Of a DNA stretch of 63,630 bases, positions 37,482 through 46,296 are shown piece after piece. The notes beneath the pieces are model-generated. The model saw nothing but the letters and a program-made list of their open reading frames with translations. It was not told the DNA's origin and searched no databases. Both the position numbers and the translations under genes were made by a program. The DNA lies in the NCBI GenBank assembly GCA_014804965.1, contig JAAUYU010000025.1, positions 17,747 to 81,376 on the forward strand, given 5' to 3'. Every line of letters begins with the position of its first letter. The stretch's first letter is position 1. This DNA is from Desulfovibrio sp. Its GTDB lineage: Bacteria > Desulfobacterota > Desulfovibrionia > Desulfovibrionales > Desulfovibrionaceae.

Positions 37482-38495
37482 TCAGCGCGGCTCCTCCAGC
37501 AGGTAGCCGTAGCCTTCCTTTTCCATGTCCTTCAGGGGGATAAAACGCAGGGCCGCGTCATTGATGCAGTAGCGCAGGCCCGCGGGGCCGTCCGGGAAGA
37601 TGTGCCCGAGGTGCGAATCCCCCTGTGCGGAGCGCGCCTCGATGCGCCTCATGCCGTGGCTCTCGTCGAGGCGCCCGGTGACATGGCCCTTGCCGATGGG
37701 CCGGGTGAAGCTGGCCCAGCCCGTGCCGGAATCGAACTTGGCGGAGGACGCGAAAAGCGGCTCCCCGGTGACCACATCCACATAGATGCCCGGCTCATGC
37801 CGGTTCCAGTGCTCGCCCGAGAAGGCGGGCTCGGTGACGCCCTCTTGCGTGACCGAGTACTGCATGGGCGTGAGCTTCTCGCGCAGGGCCGCATCCGCGG
37901 GCTTCGGCCAGGCATGGGCGTCGGGCGCCACGGGCAGCGGCGGCTTCCTGTTCAAATCGATATGGCAATAGCCGCCGGGATTCTTTTTCAGGTAGTCCTG
38001 ATGATAGTCCTCGGCCGGGTAAAAGTTGCGCAGCGGCGCAAGCTCCACGGCCAGCGGCTCCCCGGCGAGGCCCTGCATGAGGCCGAGGAGCTTTTTCAGC
38101 TGCGCCGCCTCCTCCTCGCTGTCATAATAGATGCCCGTCCGGTACTGCGTGCCCACGTCATTGCCCTGGCGGTTGACGGAAAAGGGATCGATGATGCTGA
38201 AGAGGCAGTCCACCAGATAGTCGAGCGTGACTTTTTCCGAATCATAGACCACTTCCACGGCTTCCACGGCCCCGGTATCGCCGCTGCACACGGTTTTGTA
38301 GTCCGGGTGCGGGATACAGGAATTGGCATAACCCGTTTTTGTGGCGAGAACGCCCGGCACGCGCGAGAAATACTCCTGCACGCCCCAGAAACAGCCGCCG
38401 CCGAACCAGATCTTCTTTTCCATACATGCCCCCATGCCTGTACCGGCAAGGAAAATGACCAAGGCGCCCAGCGCCGCCAAAAGCCCTTTTTTCAC
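37482..38495 (-). CDS. msrAB: Bifunctional peptide-methionine sulfoxide reductase MsrA-MsrB, probably exported or lipid-anchored
   Basis: GCFWG (MsrA) followed by the RYCIN region (MsrB). GTG 38495 with GGGAGGGG upstream gives the signal-like N-terminus [24 protein letters not shown]. Confidence 0.85.
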   Translation of the reverse strand: MKKGLLAALGALVIFLAGTGMGACMEKKIWFGGGCFWGVQEYFSRVPGVLATKTGYANSCIPHPDYKTVCSGDTGAVEAVEVVYDSEKVTLDYLVDCLFSIIDPFSVNRQGNDVGTQYRTGIYYDSEEEAAQLKKLLGLMQGLAGEPLAVELAPLRNFYPAEDYHQDYLKKNPGGYCHIDLNRKPPLPVAPDAHAWPKPADAALREKLTPMQYSVTQEGVTEPAFSGEHWNRHEPGIYVDVVTGEPLFASSAKFDSGTGWASFTRPIGKGHVTGRLDESHGMRRIEARSAQGDSHLGHIFPDGPAGLRYCINDAALRFIPLKDMEKEGYGYLLEEPR

Positions 38496-39030
38496 GTTCC
38501 TGCCCCTCCCGTGGGCGCCCGGCTGCGGAAAAAGCCCGCTGTCCGCGCCCTGCGCGACCGCCTGACCCAAAGTTAAGAAGCGCCCCCGAAACCGCAAGCC
38601 CTGGCGGCCCGCACCACTGTGCGCCTGGTATCACCGGGCAGGTGCTCGCCCGGCTGCCCGACGTGCCCCGCGCACCGCTCCCCCCGTGGCCTGCTGTTGT
38701 TTTTTGCAAACGAAAAAAAACGCACGAATTGCCGCATATGCGCCATTCCTCGCAGCTTGCGCCCGCTACTGTGCCAATCGGGAAGCAAGAAAAAGGACCA
38801 TGAAAAATTTGCACCCTGCGCCCGTGACAAGACACGAGACCGGAAGTCATATCCACGGAACGGCGCCGCCCATGAGGCCCGAGCCGCACAGCCTGCCCGT
38901 GCCGGGCACGGCGCGCAAGGCCGCCGAGGGCAACAGGGAGCCCTCCATCCCCTAAGGGGCGCGAAGGGCCGCCCGCACCCGAAGCGCGGACCGCATTTGC
39001 CGCTGCTTCCGGCCCCCCCGGAAGTGGGCA

Positions 39031-39069
39031 AACAAAAAGGGAACCGTCCCGGCGGTTCCCTTCTTTTTT
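39031..39069 (-). terminator. Bidirectional rho-independent terminator downstream of the cupin gene
   Basis: GGGAACCG (39039-39046) pairs with CGGTTCCC (39053-39060), flanked by an A-tract on one side and a T-tract on the other. Confidence 0.65.
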
Positions 39070-39087
39070 GGCGTGTCGCCCGCTCCG

Positions 39088-39549
39088 TCAGTTTTTCTTT
39101 TCCGGGAACACCACCACGAGCAGCATCTTGAAGTCATCGAGCGCGCTCACCGCGTGGGGATGGCCCGCGGGCATGACGATGCTCTGGCCCTTGGCGAGCT
39201 CGAAGCTCTTGTCGTCGATGGTAATTTTGCCGCGGCCCTCCAGCGCGGTGACAAAGGCGTCCCCCGTGGACTTGTGGGCGCTGATGCCCTCCCCCTTCGA
39301 CATGGCGAAGAGGGTGACACCCACCCACGGGTTCTGCACGAGCGTCTTGCTCGTCACCTGCCCCGGGGCGTAGTCCAGCTGCCCGGCGAGGTCCACGGGC
39401 TTTGCGTAGTCGATATTCTTGAGCTGCTTCGGCCCCTGCGGCAGCAGAAGCTCCCCGGCGGGCTCCTGCTGGAGCAGGATGGGCGTGGGCGGAACGGTCT
39501 GGGCCGGATCGTTTTTCACTGCCTGCGGGATGTCATCGGGTTTTGCCAT
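39088..39549 (-). CDS. Cupin-domain protein
   Basis: 153 aa. C-terminal cupin barrel with GISAHKSTGDAFV...MPAGHPHAV. AAGGAG RBS. Confidence 0.7.
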   Translation of the reverse strand: MAKPDDIPQAVKNDPAQTVPPTPILLQQEPAGELLLPQGPKQLKNIDYAKPVDLAGQLDYAPGQVTSKTLVQNPWVGVTLFAMSKGEGISAHKSTGDAFVTALEGRGKITIDDKSFELAKGQSIVMPAGHPHAVSALDDFKMLLVVVFPEKKN

Positions 39550-39588
39550 GGTCTCGCTCCTTGGTGCTGATGGTGCCGCGCGCCCGCG

Positions 39589-42500
39589 CTAGAACTCATA
39601 GCGCAGCACGCCAAACAGGCCCTGGTTGGCGGTGTGCTCGCCGAACTGGGCGATATAGTTGATGCCGCCGGAGAAATTGCCCGCCCTGAACTCCACGCCC
39701 GCGCGGCCGCCATACGTGATGTTGTCCATGACCTGGCTCTCGAAGTCCTGCTCCGCATGCGCGCCCGCATAACGCACCTTGGTCGTGGCGTAGGTGTCGC
39801 TGAGGGTCGGGATGGCCTTGAGGTTGATGAGCGGCGTGATTTCCCAGCCGCTCTCCAGCCGGAAAGGCTTGGTCAGCACGAGGCCGAAGGGCATGGTCCA
39901 GACATTCTGGTGTGTGCGCAGGCCGTGCAGCACCTCCTCGCCATTGAGGGTGGCGTCAAAGGGCTCGGTGACCATGTGCAGGTAGCGCACCCCGAGGTGC
40001 GGGCGCAGGTTCACATATTCGGTGTCGATCTCGTACTCGGCGCGGAGGCTCATGCCCAGCGACCAGGCCGGGATGTCGGCCTTGAGCTCGCTGCCGTCCA
40101 CCTCGCCGGGCAGGTCCTGCCGGACCTTGTTGTAAACCGAGGTATAGTCGATCTCGGCGTCGAGGCTGAAGGCTCCCGGCTTCCACACTCCATAGGCCCC
40201 GATACCCCAGAAATTGGCGTTGTTCCGGGTGGTGGCCATGTCGCCCGTGCTTTTCACATAGCCCGCACCAAGATTGAGGCTCAGGCCCGCGCGCAGGGTA
40301 TTGCCCCAGGTGTAGTCGCCGCCGATGGCGAGGCCGCCGATGCCGCCGCGGAAGCCGTAGCTCGCCGTGCCTCCGTCGAGCCCGGAATGGTCGATGGATT
40401 CATAGAGCGGGATGGCCCAGAGCGCGAAACTGTGCCGGTAGAGGTCCTCCTGCCCCAGCTTGATGCGCGAGTAGATGGCCGACTCCATGGACTCGCTGGC
40501 CGCGCGGGAGAGCCTGGGCACGCCGCTGGCCACGCCCACGCTCTTGGTGTGCGGGGCCTTTTCCGTCACCGAGAACTGCCCTTCCTTGCCGTCGCCGAGG
40601 CGTGTGAGGCCCAGCAAGGGATTGCTGGAAATGAGGTTGGCCCCGTTCCAGGCCGTGTCATCGGCATAGCTGGTGGTGATGTTGCGGCCGAGCGCCACAT
40701 AGGTGTGACCCGGCGTCACATGGTCGATATAAATTTTCGCGCCACCCGGCACCGTGGTGGCCGTGGGGGAGGCGGCGCTGATGGCCCCCGGCACGGAGGC
40801 GGGGAGCGCCCGCGTGGCCACCGCGGGATTGGGGTAGTTGACCCCGGCCTTCGCGCCGTCAATGGCGAGCAGGGAATTGGAGGAAAAACTCAGGGAAGGC
40901 GCTCCTGCCCTCGCCTGCGGAGCGGCCCGGCTCATGGCGCGCGTGGCCGCGCCCACCGAGGCCGTGTGATCCACGCTGAGCTGCGCGCCCAGCGTGAGCG
41001 GCGAAAACACGCCGAGCACCGCGGCGGAGGGGCCCATGCCTGCCCGGGCCGTGATGGCCCTGAGGGTCCCCGTATCGCGCGTGCCCGTGGCGAGACGGCC
41101 GTTGTGGCCCACGGTGATGTCGCCGTCCGTGAGGCTGCCCTGGCCGCTTGCGGTGACGAAGTTCTGCACCGCGCCGAAAGCCTGACCCGCGCCGGCGCCC
41201 ACGCTGAGCGCATGGCCGTTCAGCCGGAGGTTCCCGATCTTCACGTCCGTGACTGCGGCCGTGTCCGCGGCCGCGCCGACCTGCATGTCGCCCCCGGTGA
41301 CGGCGACGGAATTGACGCTGGCGTCGATGCCGTTGTGCAGGGTGACGGACTGGGCGCTGAGCGTGTCACCGCTGAGGGCGCCCCCGCCGATGCGGGCGGA
41401 ACCGGCCACGCCCATGGTGGTGAAGCGGCTAGCGCCATTATTGTTCACATCCATCCTGCCGCCCACCCAGGCGGCCTCATTGTGCGCGACGAGGGCGCCG
41501 CCCGCGCCGTATTCCGCATTCCCCACCGCCTCTGTGCCCGTGATGCTGAAGGAGCCGTTGTGCAGGGTGAAGTCGCCGGAGCTTCCGCCGTCGATGTCGC
41601 TCTTGACCACCATCAGGCGCCCGGTCTCAATGCGCGAGGGGGTGGAGACGCCCGCGAAGTCTGTCACCTCGCCAGCCGCGATGAGGGACGCCTTGACGTT
41701 GGTCCCGGTAAGCGTCTTGGCCGGGGTGATGGAAAAGGGGCCACCCACGCTTATCTGGCCGCTGGTGCGGTCAACGCCGGCCACGATGCTGCCCCCGGCG
41801 CTGATACTGTCGGCCGTGAGGTTGCGGACGCCGATGCTGCCCCCGGCCTCGATGGTCAGATGCCCGCTCCCCTGCAAGACATTGTAGGCGCGATATGCCG
41901 AGCTGTAGGTGCCGATGTCTCCCCCGGCGCGGATGGTGCCCGAGGCATTCTGGATGCCGCCATCCCCGAGTTGATGCGGATCCAGGAAATAGATGTTGCC
42001 TCTCGACTCCAGCAGCGACCCCGCCTGCATACGGTTGGCCGTGCTCCCGAGGACCCCGTTGATGTGGACATCCAGGTTGGAGGTCACCTTGCCCCCGTTC
42101 TGGATGTCGAGATCACGGATGGTAAGCCTCGCCTGGGAAAAGACCTCCATGCCGCTGGCAACGCGCACGGTTGTCACCATGTGCTGCCCGCCCCCGATGA
42201 GGCGGATATTGCCGTTCTGCGCGTACATTTCATTGAAAGGCGCGTTGCCTGACCCTACGGCGCCATTGACGACAAGGTTCGCGCCGTTGGTGACAACGCG
42301 CGAAGCGCTGCCGGATATACTCCCGATGTTGCCGTCGATGGTCACAGTGGGGCGATTGGATGTGGCTCCGGTCCCGACGATGACGGTGCTCTGGCCGGTG
42401 CCTCCAAGCGAAAGAGTACCGGAAAAGGTGCCCTTCTGGAGCACAAGAGTGGCGTTGCCGCTGTCCGATGAAAGGGAGAAGCGCGGCGTGCGGCTGGTAC

Positions 42501-42762
42501 TGCCGGTACTGGTGAACAGCACACCGCCATTGTTGCCTGTGAGGGTGAGGGTGCCATTGCTGTATATGAAAGCGCCTGACCGGTTCGTGACAGTTATCTG
42601 CGCATAGGTATTGTCGCCGGAGAGTGACGTGCCGCTGTACGTGCTGTTGGGATCATTTGTCGCGCCAGCCGGGGACGGCGCAAGGCAGAAGCCGAACAGC
42701 ACCGCGGTGAGCGCGGGAAGCAGACCCTTGAGAAAAGAAGTTTCATGCGGAAAAGCAGTCAT
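39589..42762 (-). CDS. Autotransporter (type Va) outer-membrane protein with a large Gly/Thr/Asn-rich passenger
   Basis: Signal peptide ending PAGA-T. About 750-aa repetitive beta-helix-like passenger. C-terminal about 280-aa amphipathic beta-barrel ending LRYEF. ATG 42762 with AGAGG RBS is preferred over the TTG at 42783. Confidence 0.85.
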   Translation of the reverse strand: MTAFPHETSFLKGLLPALTAVLFGFCLAPSPAGATNDPNSTYSGTSLSGDNTYAQITVTNRSGAFIYSNGTLTLTGNNGGVLFTSTGSTSRTPRFSLSSDSGNATLVLQKGTFSGTLSLGGTGQSTVIVGTGATSNRPTVTIDGNIGSISGSASRVVTNGANLVVNGAVGSGNAPFNEMYAQNGNIRLIGGGQHMVTTVRVASGMEVFSQARLTIRDLDIQNGGKVTSNLDVHINGVLGSTANRMQAGSLLESRGNIYFLDPHQLGDGGIQNASGTIRAGGDIGTYSSAYRAYNVLQGSGHLTIEAGGSIGVRNLTADSISAGGSIVAGVDRTSGQISVGGPFSITPAKTLTGTNVKASLIAAGEVTDFAGVSTPSRIETGRLMVVKSDIDGGSSGDFTLHNGSFSITGTEAVGNAEYGAGGALVAHNEAAWVGGRMDVNNNGASRFTTMGVAGSARIGGGALSGDTLSAQSVTLHNGIDASVNSVAVTGGDMQVGAAADTAAVTDVKIGNLRLNGHALSVGAGAGQAFGAVQNFVTASGQGSLTDGDITVGHNGRLATGTRDTGTLRAITARAGMGPSAAVLGVFSPLTLGAQLSVDHTASVGAATRAMSRAAPQARAGAPSLSFSSNSLLAIDGAKAGVNYPNPAVATRALPASVPGAISAASPTATTVPGGAKIYIDHVTPGHTYVALGRNITTSYADDTAWNGANLISSNPLLGLTRLGDGKEGQFSVTEKAPHTKSVGVASGVPRLSRAASESMESAIYSRIKLGQEDLYRHSFALWAIPLYESIDHSGLDGGTASYGFRGGIGGLAIGGDYTWGNTLRAGLSLNLGAGYVKSTGDMATTRNNANFWGIGAYGVWKPGAFSLDAEIDYTSVYNKVRQDLPGEVDGSELKADIPAWSLGMSLRAEYEIDTEYVNLRPHLGVRYLHMVTEPFDATLNGEEVLHGLRTHQNVWTMPFGLVLTKPFRLESGWEITPLINLKAIPTLSDTYATTKVRYAGAHAEQDFESQVMDNITYGGRAGVEFRAGNFSGGINYIAQFGEHTANQGLFGVLRYEF

Positions 42763-42968
42763 CACACACCTCTGCTTGGGCAAGGGTCATGGGTGGAGGC
42801 GGCGCGGGCTCCCTGCCGTCGCGCCAGTGAGCACGCGGCGGGGTTCGCAGCGCCCGCAGCCGGGCGGCGCTGCGAAACAGTCGAAAAGCCTCCGGCTTCA
42901 GTCTGCCCGTGCCGTGGCCACCATTTTGTCGATCCTGCTATTGCATATTCCCAAACTGCGCAAATGTC

Positions 42969-43030
42969 CATTTTACTGTACGGCACTGTGGCATTTTCTG
43001 TAGTGGAAATGGAAAATACTGTAAATACAG
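42969..43030. promoter_or_regulatory. Cluster of CATTTT(A)CTGTA direct repeats plus a CTGTA-N2-TACAG palindrome upstream of the autotransporter gene
   Basis: cattttactgta (42969-42980), actgt (42985-42989), cattttctgta (42992-43002), actgtaaatacag (43018-43030). AT-rich patch about 200-270 nt upstream of the start. Confidence 0.3.
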
Positions 43031-43356
43031 AGATTTGCCGACACATGGGCGCGCTTTTGCGGGGCAGCGGGGGATTTCAGGAGGAGCGTATAAAGGTGAG
43101 ATACGTCGGGGACTCTTTGTGGAACGCGTAAGTACCCGAGACGCGATGGGGCACCCCGTCCCCCCGATACGTCCGGGAGCGGAGCACGCGCACGGTGGCG
43201 ACAGCGCGCCTGATGAGGCGGTTGGGAAGCACCCCGGATTTAGCGAGGATTCTCCGTGATCTGGGCATCGGGCGCCCTCTCAGCATGAACGGGCTTCATG
43301 TATGGGCCGGATGCAGGCTCCAGGAGATCCGCCATCACGGCGGCGCGCCACGAGAC

Positions 43357-46296
43357 TCACTGTAACTTTATCCAGCTTTCCTTGTTGTAGATCGGTCCCT
43401 GGATATTATACACATGTAGGAAGTTAAAGGTGTTTTTCTTGTGTGCTGCCCTTCGCCAATTGCCGAACACATGCAAGCGCTGCCTGGCCTGGTCCTGCCA
43501 GGGAAATTGTTTTTCCTCGGCACCTGCAGCCAGACTATTCCGGATTATGGTCACCACATCCCAGTTGGCCATGAGTGATTTTCTGTCTATTCTTAACTCG
43601 CCATGGGCTCCGAATTCCTTGACCAAGAGGAGCCCGTGCAGAAACAGGGGAGGTTCCGGCGCGGACGCCCAAATTTTCCGTATCTCTAAGCTATCACCAT
43701 GATGATCATGATCAGAAACAAGAATAATCTCTGTATTATTATATACATTATTTTTTTTCATCCAATCAAACCATGCAATTAATTTTTTCAATGTAAAATA
43801 TTCTGCTCGTATATGATCATCAGAAAAACCCTGTGCCAATTCTTTTGGGTCATATTTCCAGGCTTCTTTCTTTTCTGGCATACCATTTTCATCTAAAATC
43901 CATGGGAAATGTGGTAGCAAATTCATAATATATATAAAACAATTTTCATCGGTATCCGAAATTTTCGATGCATATAGCGGAAGCTCTAGACCTGCTAGCT
44001 GGGCTGTTGTAAATCTGATATCATAGCTGGCTTTGCTTATTGTTTTATTCCACCTCCCATTATCATATAATTTATTTTTATATGTTAACGGTGAGATATT
44101 GTAAAAGCCAAGAATATTGAAAAAACCGCTGAAACTCTGACTCGTATTCATATTAAAGTTATGCATTTTTTTCCACTTGCTCAGGGCACCCTCCCACAAC
44201 AGCCAGGGGGCATTCACAAAATTCGTATTTTCTGTTGTTTTTAAGTATGGATAAACTAATTCCGGATGAAAAAAATCGTTGTCGAATACGGAAAGCCTGA
44301 AATTCCTCTCTTGTAATTCGCTGAAAAACTTTCCAAAAGTGGCGGCAAATTTTTCCTCAAGACTCTTGCTGGCATCCTTATTCAAGTTAAAGGGATGTGC
44401 CGCTTCACCGCCCAGGATAGGCGCCTTTCCAAAAATTGTGGCATTCCCCGCTGTCACTACATCCTCATACCAGATGAAGCCGTCAAGTTCGGTTTTCAGC
44501 TCAGGGTGACGCTCCAGGAGTTGGTTCATGTTCCCACCGGTAAACATGTCCAGCATGACGACAACAATATTTTTCCCATGCCTGCTGAAGGTAAAAAATT
44601 TTTCTACGTGCTCAGGAACTTTAGTATCATCGCTAATTTCACCTTTGGACTTCTCAATGCCGGCGATAGTTGCCTGAGCTGTTGAGAAGTGGACACCTAC
44701 CATGACAAAGAGCAGGGCAAGCGCACTGTAGATCAAGTTTGAAAATATTTTCAGCTTCCTGAACCAGATGAGCGCGAGAAAAAGGAAAAAAACCCCCATG
44801 AAGATAAGAGCGTCCACATCCCTGTTATACCATTGGTCAAGGGCTTCGGGTTTTTGCAGGATAAAGGCGTCCATCACCCCCACATCGGGAGCGACGATGA
44901 AGCAAAAGGCAAGGGCGGCAAGCGCGCACATGCTGAACAGGGCGCCGAACAGCCAGCGCACCGGCCGCAGCAGCACCCCCGCCACGGCAATGCAGATGAG
45001 GATGGCCAGAAAGACCCCAAACCTGTTGGAGGCGAAATCCTCCAGGCCCATATCGAACACCAGGGGATCGGAACTGAAGACCATGAACGGAAGATACACA
45101 AAAACCAGGAATGCAAGGAGTGTCACGGCTGGCAGGAAGAGCGCGCCAAGCTCTTTTTTCTGCGCACGCGCGTCGGCAAATATCCTTGGCGCGAACTTTT
45201 CACAAAAGAGGACGCCGGCCAGCGCGAGGCCCAGGAGGAGCAGGCGCACGACAACCTTGATGAAGCTGCCCTGCCAGACCCCATATTTGGCAACGATAAA
45301 GACAAATCCGGCTGCCCCGGCGAGCGCCACCAGAAGCTGGAGGAGAGAGAAGCGCCTGAGCCACGCCACCTTTTTATAGGCAAGGATGCCGATACCGATG
45401 AGCAGCAGGAGGGCCGCCAGCAGCGGGACCGCCACCGTCAGCGAAAGCCGCAGCCGCCCCCAGGCCGCGCCGAGCAGGAACAGGGCAGCCGCGCCCATGA
45501 GGATGCGCGGGCCCGAAAGCTGCACCCGCCAGGCAGCCAGCCTCGGCGCAAGGGCCTCCGCGGCGGCGCCCGCGCTTTCGTACCGCGCCTCAAGCCAGTG
45601 CATGGCCTCAGTCCAGCCCGGGCGCTTCATCCAGTCCTTCTGGACGATGTTCTTGCAGAGGGAATAGATGTTGTTAAGCGTCCAGTAAAAGGTGAGACCT
45701 GCCGGAGAATTGTAGAGAAGCACCAGGAAGATGCCGGCCATGCCGTAGAGCTGTATCTTGTCCCGCCTCGACAGGCCGTGGGTGTAGAAAAAGGCGGAGA
45801 ACAGGTTGACGGCGGTCATGAGGATAGGCAGCACATTGATGTGCACCCCGCCGATAGACAAAAGGCCGTCCGGCGCGCCGAGATTGCGGATGGGCCCGAA
45901 GCTCACGCCGTCGAGCACGGCCATGTTGGAAAGCAAAAGATAGGCGGCGAGAAAGAAGGGAATCTGGAGGAGGAGGCCGATGCTGGCGCGCAGGGTCATG
46001 AGCGGGCTGAAGCCGCACTGCTTATACAGGGTGGAGAGCATGGCAAAGCGCTCCTGCCCCCTGAAGCAGCGACGGATCATTTTTTCCTTGGGCTCCATGC
46101 GCTTTTTGAGCGCCCTCTCCTCCTCCTGCCATCCCTCAGCCTTGTTGTAGATGGGGAGCACCGCCGTATTGACCACCAGGCTCACGCCGATGAGCGCCAG
46201 CCCATACGAATGGGTCAGCGCATAGCCGCCTTCAAATACGGCCTTCATGCAAAATTCAATGGGCGCGATAAAGATGAGCCAGAGAAAGTCAAGCAT
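43357..46296 (-). CDS. Fusion protein: N-terminal YidC/Oxa1-like insertase domain, polytopic membrane block, C-terminal sulfatase/LtaS/OpgB-like (alkaline-phosphatase superfamily) domain
   Basis: aa 28-216 align by eye to the YidC/SpoIIIJ core (GLALIGVSLVVNTAVLPI..., LQIPFFLAAY, SPAGLTFYWTLNN). aa 250-540 contain about 8-10 TM segments. aa 574-900 carry NIVVVMLDMFTGG and ILVSDHDHHGD, typical metal and active-site motifs of LtaS/EptA-type enzymes. Confidence 0.75.
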   Translation of the reverse strand: MLDFLWLIFIAPIEFCMKAVFEGGYALTHSYGLALIGVSLVVNTAVLPIYNKAEGWQEEERALKKRMEPKEKMIRRCFRGQERFAMLSTLYKQCGFSPLMTLRASIGLLLQIPFFLAAYLLLSNMAVLDGVSFGPIRNLGAPDGLLSIGGVHINVLPILMTAVNLFSAFFYTHGLSRRDKIQLYGMAGIFLVLLYNSPAGLTFYWTLNNIYSLCKNIVQKDWMKRPGWTEAMHWLEARYESAGAAAEALAPRLAAWRVQLSGPRILMGAAALFLLGAAWGRLRLSLTVAVPLLAALLLLIGIGILAYKKVAWLRRFSLLQLLVALAGAAGFVFIVAKYGVWQGSFIKVVVRLLLLGLALAGVLFCEKFAPRIFADARAQKKELGALFLPAVTLLAFLVFVYLPFMVFSSDPLVFDMGLEDFASNRFGVFLAILICIAVAGVLLRPVRWLFGALFSMCALAALAFCFIVAPDVGVMDAFILQKPEALDQWYNRDVDALIFMGVFFLFLALIWFRKLKIFSNLIYSALALLFVMVGVHFSTAQATIAGIEKSKGEISDDTKVPEHVEKFFTFSRHGKNIVVVMLDMFTGGNMNQLLERHPELKTELDGFIWYEDVVTAGNATIFGKAPILGGEAAHPFNLNKDASKSLEEKFAATFGKFFSELQERNFRLSVFDNDFFHPELVYPYLKTTENTNFVNAPWLLWEGALSKWKKMHNFNMNTSQSFSGFFNILGFYNISPLTYKNKLYDNGRWNKTISKASYDIRFTTAQLAGLELPLYASKISDTDENCFIYIMNLLPHFPWILDENGMPEKKEAWKYDPKELAQGFSDDHIRAEYFTLKKLIAWFDWMKKNNVYNNTEIILVSDHDHHGDSLEIRKIWASAPEPPLFLHGLLLVKEFGAHGELRIDRKSLMANWDVVTIIRNSLAAGAEEKQFPWQDQARQRLHVFGNWRRAAHKKNTFNFLHVYNIQGPIYNKESWIKLQ

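Noticed and set aside
38598-39030. ORFs in the msrAB-cupin intergenic region (38573..39031-, 38619..39131+, 38686..38955+).
   Set aside because: They are mutually overlapping, Arg/Pro/Gly-rich and lack start context. The region is better explained as promoter plus terminator DNA.
42784-43356. A direct repeat of the tRNA-Ala 3' end (att scar) at the far edge of the AT-rich island, and likewise a tRNA-Val 3' repeat near 26.2-26.7 kb.
   Set aside because: I looked by eye and found none. The only partial resemblance (gggtggaggc at about 42791) is too short to mean anything. A computational search is still needed.
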